A stretch of DNA of 44,034 nucleotides. Source: Bacteroidota bacterium. Its GTDB lineage: Bacteria > Bacteroidota > Bacteroidia > Chitinophagales > CAIODY01. The position numbers and the translations under genes were made by a program. The stretch is taken from assembly GCA_041192505.1 (NCBI GenBank), contig JBEEMV010000082.1:1-44034 (forward strand), given 5' to 3'. Shown here piece by piece: positions 37,277 to 44,034 of this stretch; position 1 is the first letter of the stretch; each line of letters starts with the position of its first letter. The notes under the pieces are model-generated. The model was not told the DNA's origin, made no database searches, and saw nothing but the letters and a program-made list of their open reading frames with translations.

Positions 37277-39046
37277 TCAGTTTTTAATAAACTTCTTTCT
37301 ATATGTTTTGCCAGCTATATCGGTAAGTTGTAAAAAATAAATTCCGTTTGAAAGAGTTGAAATATTTAATTCTAATCCCCCTAACCCTCCCGATTCCTTC
37401 GGGATTTGCAACCTTTGAAAAGGGGGAACAGGGCACACTATTCCTAAAATGTTGGTTATTTCAATTGTGTTTTCTAATAACTTATAACCAGTAACTATTA
37501 ATTTATCTCCACACGGATTTGGATAAATAGATATTTCATTTTTTTCAGTTTCAACTATTCCTAATGAAATTGTATCACGAATAAATTCGCCCTGATTTTC
37601 ATCGGCACCAATATCAACCTTACCATTAAAAATACGGCTTTGATTTTCGAAATCAGTTTCGTTTGCTATTATTGTAAATGCAGCATTACCAGCATCTACA
37701 GCCTTACTTGTATTGAATAAATGAAAATCATTTTTATTTTCATCTACAAATAATGGGTCAACAAAAATGCTGTTTGCATCCTGATTGCTTACCATTTTAT
37801 AATAACCAAATCCTGTAGTATAATTTCCATCCCAATTAAAAATAATAGATGCTGGGTTTAAAAATGAGGAACAAAATAAATTGTAATCCATCACATTGTT
37901 TTGCCAACCAGCGCCATAAAACCACGAGTAGCCAATCATGTTTTGATTGTTGGCATAAAAAATATTATGAGTGATAGAGCTACTATCAAATGGAAATAAA
38001 ACAATTTCGCCAGCACTGGTTTTCAAACTATTATTTTGGTACAAAGTATTGTGATGAAGATTAGCATATCTAATTCGAGCAGTAGAATTTGTGTAATTAT
38101 AAATGCCGATGGAAATGCCTTGCAAATAATTTTTGTAAATTAAATTTTCTCGAATAGTAATATAATCTGTTCGTGCATAATTTGAATAACCCGAAATATT
38201 AATTCCAAAATCGCAATTATAAATTCTGTTTTTTTCAATCATGCAATTTCTTGCACCACTAATTACAATGCCCTGCTGATAATTGCCAGGTGTTTTATTA
38301 TACACATCATGAATTATATTATTGCTGATATAAATATTTCGAGCGTAATCATATATCCATTTTTTTGATGTGCTATCGCTGCCCACTAATGCAATGCCCG
38401 AGTTTGCAATATGATGAATGGTATTGTTTGTAATGCTGCAATCATGCACATTTCCAGCTATTCCAATAGCTTGTGTCATGCTGAAAATTGAGTTTCCGAA
38501 ATTGCAATTTGTAATCGTAATATCATGCACACCATTGGCTGTTGTATCATTGCCATACAATGCAATACCTGTTGAATGTTTATTAATTAAATGATTAAAC
38601 GTGCAATTTTTAAATTCGATATTGGATGAAATACTACCCACAATAATGGCTGGCTGCCAGTTGTAAGCCGATGATGAATCGGAAATTGCAAAATGAATAC
38701 CTTGAATTTTAAAATAAGATGGACCGTAAAAAGTTAAAACACCCCAACCATTTATGCCACCGCCATCAATAATTACAGAATCATTTTGATGATTTTTTAT
38801 AGTGATAAAATTATTGGGTAAACCTGTAACAAGCGGAATTATTTTTTCATTATAAGTGCCTGCTAAAATTTCGATTGTGCTACCAGCAGCCACAGTAGTT
38901 GCCGCTTTCTTTACCGTTTTCCAAGCTGATGTAATGGATGTTCCGTTATTCGAATCATTGCCCGAAGTGCTTACGTAGTAAGTAGTTTGAGCAAAAATGT
39001 TTGTTGCAAAAATCAGTAAAATAAAAACAGTTAAAATATATCTCAT
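37277..39046 (-). CDS. Right-handed parallel beta-helix repeat protein with a T9SS type-A CTD
   Basis: The signal peptide is MRYILTVFILLIFATNIFAQ. Repeated N.I..N/I.IS.N turns are present (ITNCNFGN, ITNNTIHH, ISNNIIHD, IEKNRIYN, IRENLIYKN). The C-terminus is ISIYPNPCGDKL...GIYFLQLTDIAGKTYRKKFIKN. Confidence 0.8.
   Translation of the reverse strand: MRYILTVFILLIFATNIFAQTTYYVSTSGNDSNNGTSITSAWKTVKKAATTVAAGSTIEILAGTYNEKIIPLVTGLPNNFITIKNHQNDSVIIDGGGINGWGVLTFYGPSYFKIQGIHFAISDSSSAYNWQPAIIVGSISSNIEFKNCTFNHLINKHSTGIALYGNDTTANGVHDITITNCNFGNSIFSMTQAIGIAGNVHDCSITNNTIHHIANSGIALVGSDSTSKKWIYDYARNIYISNNIIHDVYNKTPGNYQQGIVISGARNCMIEKNRIYNCDFGINISGYSNYARTDYITIRENLIYKNYLQGISIGIYNYTNSTARIRYANLHHNTLYQNNSLKTSAGEIVLFPFDSSSITHNIFYANNQNMIGYSWFYGAGWQNNVMDYNLFCSSFLNPASIIFNWDGNYTTGFGYYKMVSNQDANSIFVDPLFVDENKNDFHLFNTSKAVDAGNAAFTIIANETDFENQSRIFNGKVDIGADENQGEFIRDTISLGIVETEKNEISIYPNPCGDKLIVTGYKLLENTIEITNILGIVCPVPPFQRLQIPKESGGLGGLELNISTLSNGIYFLQLTDIAGKTYRKKFIKN
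37377..37426 (-). repeat. 50-nt GC-rich hairpin-containing element embedded in frame in the CTD (copy B)
   Basis: The reverse complement reads CCCCCTTTTCAAAGGTTGCAAATCCCGAAGGAATCGGGAGGGTTAGGGGG. It differs from copy A at one base (G to C, giving E to Q). Confidence 0.9.
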
Positions 39047-39177
39047 TGCTATTTTAATAAATATGTTAATTTACAAACTACGCTTTTGAGCAAATTAAAT
39101 AAACATCGGCTTTACAAACAAAGAAAGTAATAATCACAAAAATATTCAAGTATAATTTTTAAAAAAATAACAAAGCA

Positions 39178-39720
39178 CTACTGTTGCCATTCCCATTTCA
39201 ACAACGAATAACAATCCGAATCTTGATTGCTGCCATCAATAAAATAATCTTCACGTAAAGTGCCTTCTTTTTTAAAATTATTTTTCAATAATAATTTTTT
39301 TGAAGCCGTGTTCCAATCCGCAATCATGGCGGCTATGCGATGTAATTTCATTTCTTCAAATCCATATTTTAATACTATAGGAAATGCTTCGCTCATCAAC
39401 CCTTTTTGTTTGTCGGCATCATTTCGTAATAAATAAAAAGCATCGGCTCGGTTGTGTTTTTTGTTCCAAGTATGAAAGCCACATTCGCCAATTGGTAGAT
39501 TAGTTTGTTTATCAATCAACAAAAAGAAAAACAGCGAAAGACTATACGTTTCCATTCCTTTTTCGTGCATGTTTTTAAAATGCAAATACCCAGCTTCATC
39601 AAAAGCAAAAAATTGAATAATTTCTGCTTTAGTTTTGTTGTTGAATAAATGATGAATCACTTGCGGCGAAATGCCTTTCAACAATAAACGGTCGGTAAAT
39701 AAAATAATTTCAGTTGTCAT
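39178..39720 (-). CDS. GNAT-family N-acetyltransferase (RimJ/RimL-like)
   Basis: The length is 180 aa. Segments TDRLLLK...IGECGFH...QKGLMSEAF..VLKYGFEEMKLHRIAA....N..S.KLL.KNNFKKEG fit an Acetyltransf_3-type layout. Confidence 0.7.
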   Translation of the reverse strand: MTTEIILFTDRLLLKGISPQVIHHLFNNKTKAEIIQFFAFDEAGYLHFKNMHEKGMETYSLSLFFFLLIDKQTNLPIGECGFHTWNKKHNRADAFYLLRNDADKQKGLMSEAFPIVLKYGFEEMKLHRIAAMIADWNTASKKLLLKNNFKKEGTLREDYFIDGSNQDSDCYSLLKWEWQQ

Positions 39721-39732
39721 AGCGCAGGTAAC

Positions 39733-39769
39733 AAAAAAGCCTTTCGTGATTTACGAAAGGCTTTTTTTT
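39733..39769 (-). terminator. Rho-independent terminator
   Basis: The minus strand reads TAAAAAAAAGCCTTTCG-taaatca-CGAAAGGCTTTTTTG. It begins at the stop codon of the 39768-40550 gene. Confidence 0.8.
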
Positions 39770-40550
39770 ATTTCTTTAATAATGATTTTACTGGAGGCAT
39801 TTCTATAATCGTATCGCCTCGTACAAAATAACTGTGCCCAGCCATTACTGTAATTACTTTATCGCCTTTAACGATTTGCGTAACATTTGGCTTTCTAATA
39901 ATTTCACCAGGCTTATTATCGCCATCTTTTTTTGCTACTAATTTTGCTTCCTTTTTTATTTCCTCTTTCTTCACTTCTTTTTTTGTGTCTTCCTTTTTCA
40001 CTTCGTCTTTAACAATTTCCTCTTCTTTTTTTATCTCTTCTTTTACTTCGCCAACTTTAATAATTTCTTTTTTACCTGCTTCTTTCAATTCTTTGGTTTC
40101 AGTTTTGTCGGTATTTTTTCCTTGCGATTTTGGTACTTCTTTATTCGTAACATCGCCTGCTTTACCTCTATTGGCAATATGTTCAGCATCCATTCTTGTA
40201 TTTTTTCCTTTTTCATATTTGCCCATTCCATCTTGGTTTCTAATATAATCTTGGTCGTCTTTTTTAAATTTATAAGTTGCCAATAATTCATTAATTAATG
40301 AACTTACTTCTTTCGGATCTTCGCCAGCACTACGGGCTGCACTGGTTGCAATCATATAGTCAATCTCAAAATCGTTTTGTATTTTTTTACTGTCTTTATA
40401 TTCTTTTAAGGGTTGATATACTTTTTCATATTTATGGTTATTCCATAAGTTTATCAAATCATTTAAAAACTCATCTTTTTGAGCAAACGCAGTAAATGTA
40501 GTGCTACACAAAGTGGTTAAAATAAACAGGGCGGCAATTATCTTTTTCAT
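39768..40550 (-). CDS. Secreted protein with a Lys/Glu-rich low-complexity segment
   Basis: The signal peptide is MKKIIAALFILTTLCSTTFTAFAQ. The central segment is KEAGKKEIIKVGEVKEEIKKEEEIVKDEVKKEDTKKEVKKEEIKKEAK. No motif is recognised. Confidence 0.6.
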   Translation of the reverse strand: MKKIIAALFILTTLCSTTFTAFAQKDEFLNDLINLWNNHKYEKVYQPLKEYKDSKKIQNDFEIDYMIATSAARSAGEDPKEVSSLINELLATYKFKKDDQDYIRNQDGMGKYEKGKNTRMDAEHIANRGKAGDVTNKEVPKSQGKNTDKTETKELKEAGKKEIIKVGEVKEEIKKEEEIVKDEVKKEDTKKEVKKEEIKKEAKLVAKKDGDNKPGEIIRKPNVTQIVKGDKVITVMAGHSYFVRGDTIIEMPPVKSLLKK

Positions 40551-40658
40551 TTTAATAATGTATTTAAAATTATAACGATACCAAAAGTAAAAAAATTATT
40601 TAGTCTGCTCTAAAAAATATCTTAATAAAAATAATTTTAAAAAAATATGGTACTATGT

Positions 40659-40689
40659 ATTGCATGGTACTAAAATATTTGTATGTTTG
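40659..40689 (+). promoter_or_regulatory. Candidate Bacteroidota promoter for the PadR-PspC operon, overlapped by 9-nt direct repeats
   Basis: TATGTTTG (40682-40689) matches the -7 consensus TAnnTTTG and lies 31 nt before ATG 40720. A TTG at 40660-40662 sits 19 nt upstream of it. ATGGTACTA occurs twice (40647-40655 and 40664-40672). Confidence 0.4.
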
Positions 40690-40719
40690 CGTCGTCATTA
40701 AAATAAAACATACAAAAAT

Positions 40720-41043
40720 ATGAATGCAGAAAATATTCAAATGCAAATGCGGAAAGGGGTTTTAGAGTTTTGTATTCTTTCCATAATTGCAAAAAACGAA
40801 TCGTATGCTTCTGATATTATTAGTTCGCTAAAAGAAGCAAAAATGTTGGTAGTTGAAGGAACGCTATATCCATTATTAACCCGATTAAAAAATGATGGTT
40901 TATTAAAATATAGTTGGGAAGAATCGAAAACAGGGCCACCACGAAAATATTATCAGCTTACTGATGATGGCGAAAAAATTTTAAAAGAGATGACAAAAAC
41001 CTGGAAAGAATTAGCATACGCAGTTGATAAAACAACTAAATAA
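40720..41043 (+). CDS. PadR-family transcriptional regulator
   Basis: The length is 107 aa. LEFCILSII...YASDIISSLKE....VVEGTLYPLLTRLKNDGLL..SWEES..GPPRKYYQLTDDG is the classic PadR winged helix. Confidence 0.88.
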   Translation: MNAENIQMQMRKGVLEFCILSIIAKNESYASDIISSLKEAKMLVVEGTLYPLLTRLKNDGLLKYSWEESKTGPPRKYYQLTDDGEKILKEMTKTWKELAYAVDKTTK

Positions 41044-41065
41044 TAAAATCTAAAAAACAAAAATC

Positions 41066-42616
41066 ATGAATAAAATTATATCTATAAACTTATGCAGTAT
41101 CATTTTTCAAATTGATGAAATTGCTTACGAATCTTTAAAAAAATATTTGAATGAAATTAAAATGCACTTGGGTAATTCAAGTTCGGCAGCCGAAGTGTAT
41201 TTAGATGTTGAAAATCGTATTGCCGAATTATTTCAACAAAAAATAAATGATGGCGCTCAAGCCATTTTACCAAAAGATATTGAAGAATTAATAGCCATGA
41301 TGGGGCAGCCTGAGCAGTTTAAAGAATTTGCTGAAGAAAATAATCAATCTGCAAATTCATCATCTACTGATAATACTTATCGTACATCTAATCAATTTAG
41401 ACGATTGTATAGAAATGCGGATGATAAAGTGTTAGGTGGCGTATGCAGTGGTTTGGCAGCTTATTTTGGCATCGATCCTATTTTAATTCGATTGGCTTTG
41501 GCGGCATTATTTTTTATTGGTGGTGGTGGATTTTTAATTTATATTATTTGTTGGATTGCCATACCTAAAGCCGAAACGGCTGCCGAAAAAATGGCAATGT
41601 TTGGCAAGCCACTTACATTTGATGATATTAAAAAAAATGTAGAACGTGAAGCTGGCAGTGTGAAACAAAACTTTGAACGCATGGGTTCAGAATTTAGAAA
41701 TCCAACTACAAAAAACACACTGCACGAAGTGGCTCGAACTTTAATAAAAGTTATTGCATTTATATTTTTAGTTTTTGGATTAATGATTTTTGTGCCTTTG
41801 GCTTTTGCATTAATTGTGGTATTATTTTCTGTTGGTTTTGCAGCACCATTAGCGTTAGGTTTTTTGGTAGATTCGGCTACAGATGCTAACTTGCTGGTAG
41901 TAGCCACTTGTTGCATGGTGTTTATTCCTATTATTGTAATTGTATATAAATTAATCAGATTGATTTTTAAAACACAACAAATTTCATCATGGATAAAATC
42001 TACTATTACCATTGTTTGGTTTGCCAGTATCATCAGCATTATTTATGTGGTACAAAAAGTAGGTGCCGATTTTAAACACGATAAAACCATTACCGAACAA
42101 ATTGCTTTTACACCTAATCATACTAATACTATTTATATAAATTCTGAATGGTTGCATTCGCAAAATAGCCACCGCCGCCACATCAACATTAATGTAGGAA
42201 TTTGGGGCAGTCATAAATTTAATTTTTTAGATACCTTGGCAAATGGAAATATTGAACTTGAATTAGCACCATCTAAGGATTCATTAATGCATTTAATTAT
42301 CGAAAAATCGGCACAAGGTTCAACTGATATAATAGCTACCAAACGAGCTAATGAAATTGTATATAATGTAATGCAAAAAGATTCAATTTTAATTTTGCCT
42401 CATTATTTTACAAAGCCAAGTGGGCAGCAATGGCGCAATCAGGAAGTTAGATTAACCTTACAAATACCAGCCAACAAGCAAATTGCATTTAATGAAAATG
42501 CATTGGATATGATAGACGATGATTCGTTTCAACCACAATACGAAGATTTTTCTAACTCGAATAAGTTGAATACAAAATGGATAATTACATCGATGGGATT
42601 AAAAGAAGCAAAATAA
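41066..42616 (+). CDS. PspC-domain membrane protein
   Basis: LYRNADDKVLGGVCSGLAAYFGIDPILIRLALAALFFIGGGGFLIYIICWIAIPKA is the PspC domain. Several further TM segments follow. The gene lies 22 nt downstream of padR. Confidence 0.85.
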   Translation: MNKIISINLCSIIFQIDEIAYESLKKYLNEIKMHLGNSSSAAEVYLDVENRIAELFQQKINDGAQAILPKDIEELIAMMGQPEQFKEFAEENNQSANSSSTDNTYRTSNQFRRLYRNADDKVLGGVCSGLAAYFGIDPILIRLALAALFFIGGGGFLIYIICWIAIPKAETAAEKMAMFGKPLTFDDIKKNVEREAGSVKQNFERMGSEFRNPTTKNTLHEVARTLIKVIAFIFLVFGLMIFVPLAFALIVVLFSVGFAAPLALGFLVDSATDANLLVVATCCMVFIPIIVIVYKLIRLIFKTQQISSWIKSTITIVWFASIISIIYVVQKVGADFKHDKTITEQIAFTPNHTNTIYINSEWLHSQNSHRRHININVGIWGSHKFNFLDTLANGNIELELAPSKDSLMHLIIEKSAQGSTDIIATKRANEIVYNVMQKDSILILPHYFTKPSGQQWRNQEVRLTLQIPANKQIAFNENALDMIDDDSFQPQYEDFSNSNKLNTKWIITSMGLKEAK

Positions 42617-42664
42617 AGTGAATGCTTTTGTCGTAATTTGCAACAATAATTTTTAGCAAATAAA

Positions 42665-43411
42665 ATGGTATTACATACGCATAATTTAATGAAAACTTAT
42701 CGCCAGCGCAAAGTGGTGAATGATGTTTCGGTAGAAGTAAAACAAGGCGAAATTGTTGGTTTGCTAGGACCTAATGGGGCAGGCAAAACAACTACATTTT
42801 ATATGACGGTAGGATTAGTACAACCCGATGAAGGCACTGTAATGCTTGATGATATTGATATTACAATGATGCCCATGTACAAACGTGCACAAATGGGTAT
42901 TGGCTATTTACCACAAGAAGCATCAGTGTTTAGAAAATTAACTGTTGAGGATAATGTATTGTCGATTTTACAAATGACAAAACTCACTAAAAAAGAACAG
43001 GAAGAAAAGTTAGAATCGTTGTTGGGCGAATTTAGATTAACCCATGTACGCAAAAATATGGGTAGTGTATTAAGCGGTGGCGAACGCCGTAGAACCGAGA
43101 TTGCACGGGCATTAGCTGTTAATCCAAAATTTATTTTATTAGATGAACCTTTTGCAGGTATTGATCCTATTGCTGTTGAAGATATTCAATCTATTGTAGC
43201 TAAATTAGCTACAAAAGGAATTGGAGTTTTAATAACTGATCACAATGTTCAAGAAACTTTATCTATAACAGACAGAGCTTATTTGCTATTTGAAGGAAAA
43301 ATTTTGATGCAAGGCAAAGCCGAAGAATTAGCCGCCGACGAAACGGTTAGAAAAGTTTATTTAGGGCAAAATTTTGAATTGAAAAGGAAAAAAATATTAC
43401 CAACTGAATAA
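42665..43411 (+). CDS. lptB: LPS export ABC transporter ATP-binding protein
   Basis: Walker A is [13 protein letters not shown], the signature is LSGGERRR, Walker B is [12 protein letters not shown], and the C-terminus has VRKVYLG. The length is 248 aa. Confidence 0.88.
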   Translation: MVLHTHNLMKTYRQRKVVNDVSVEVKQGEIVGLLGPNGAGKTTTFYMTVGLVQPDEGTVMLDDIDITMMPMYKRAQMGIGYLPQEASVFRKLTVEDNVLSILQMTKLTKKEQEEKLESLLGEFRLTHVRKNMGSVLSGGERRRTEIARALAVNPKFILLDEPFAGIDPIAVEDIQSIVAKLATKGIGVLITDHNVQETLSITDRAYLLFEGKILMQGKAEELAADETVRKVYLGQNFELKRKKILPTE

Positions 43412-43473
43412 AAACTTGCTTTTAGGTTATTGGTGGCTGATATAAACCATATCTGATAATTGAATAAATGCAA

Positions 43474-44034
43474 TTACCTATCATGTACACCCATACCAAA
43501 TAATGCAAAATCATATTTCACTGGGTCGTTAGCATCAAATTGTTTTAAAATAGCTGTTAATTCTACCGCTGTTTGCCAATCATTTTGTTGGCGATTTATC
43601 AAGTGTAATTTTCTAGCAATATTGCTTACATGTACATCTAAAGGACAAATTAAATCGTTGGTTTTTATTTGTTTCCAAATTCCAAAATCAACTTTGTTAT
43701 CATCTCTTACCATCCATCGCAAATACATACAAAGTCTTTTACATGCCGATTTTTTATCGGGTGTTGAAATATGTTTTCGGGTACGCTGTGGTGCAAATTC
43801 ATCATCAAAAAATTCAAGGTAAAAATCTTTTAAACCTTGTTCAATATCGAATTTATTTTTTGTAGAATGTTTGATAAAAATATTTTCAAGCGAATTGTGT
43901 TTAATAAATAATCGTTGTAAAGCCGAAATAAAATATAATAAATCTGTAGCGTTGAAAGTGCGATGCACAAAGCGATTCATTCGCTTTAAATCCTTATCTG
44001 TATGATGTAAAATAAATTCATGTGGTTGATTATT
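43474..44034 (-). CDS. TIGR02757 (DUF2400)-family protein, partial (5' end beyond the right window edge)
   Basis: Segments LRWMVRDDNKVDFGIWKQI....LICPLDVHV..IARKL.L..R.Q.DW.TA.ELT..L..FD..DPVKYDFALFGMGV are present. The frame stays open upstream of the listed Met to position 44034 (NNQPHEFILHHTDKDLKR-MNRF). Confidence 0.7.
   Translation of the reverse strand, partial: NNQPHEFILHHTDKDLKRMNRFVHRTFNATDLLYFISALQRLFIKHNSLENIFIKHSTKNKFDIEQGLKDFYLEFFDDEFAPQRTRKHISTPDKKSACKRLCMYLRWMVRDDNKVDFGIWKQIKTNDLICPLDVHVSNIARKLHLINRQQNDWQTAVELTAILKQFDANDPVKYDFALFGMGVHDR

Noticed and set aside
39985-40495. ORFs overlapping the K/E-rich gene (39985-40248 plus strand, 40085-40291 minus strand, 40298-40495 plus strand)
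   Set aside because: They are low-complexity Ser/Phe or Lys-rich artefacts of the AAG/GAA-rich tract. Only the 39768-40550 frame has a signal peptide and a terminator.
41539-42214. Minus-strand ORFs inside the PspC-domain gene
   Set aside because: They are antisense to a gene with a clear PspC motif and TM segments.
43460-43822. Plus-strand 120-aa ORF
   Set aside because: It is antisense to the TIGR02757-family gene, whose conserved C-terminal motifs are clear.

Overview
This is an AT-rich chromosome segment of Bacteroidota type. The evidence is five type-A and one type-B T9SS C-terminal sorting domains, a TAnnTTTG-type promoter box, and rpsU-xerC-hpf synteny. I count about 30 protein genes. 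I saw no rRNA, tRNA, CRISPR array or transposase. Housekeeping genes: ppk1-ppx, an LpxH-like phosphoesterase, an orphan OmpR-type response regulator, comF, hpf, xerC-like, rpsU, der, pckA, purD, a GNAT, PadR-PspC, lptB and a partial TIGR02757-family gene. Between these lie large surface or secreted cargo genes: (1) a giant ORF of at least 2795 aa on the minus strand at 1-8385, absent from the supplied ORF track because it runs off the window edge; (2) a tandem paralog pair at 8634-11853; (3) a 2068-aa PKD-rich protein with a type-B CTD at 29564-35770; (4) a beta-helix cargo protein at 37277-39046. The most interesting locus is at the window centre (20032-25248), a terminator-bounded three-gene secreted module. 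The first gene, a 791-aa protein of unknown family with a lone CQGCH motif, is cut off from its signal-peptide start codon by a run of 12 G. This is a candidate slipped-strand phase-variation switch, or a homopolymer assembly error. The second notable signal is a 50-nt, 56% GC, hairpin-containing element. It is present at 49/50 identity, in frame, inside the T9SS sorting domains of two otherwise unrelated genes on opposite strands (24134-24183 and 37377-37426). All protein-family calls come from motif recognition by eye; no searches were run.
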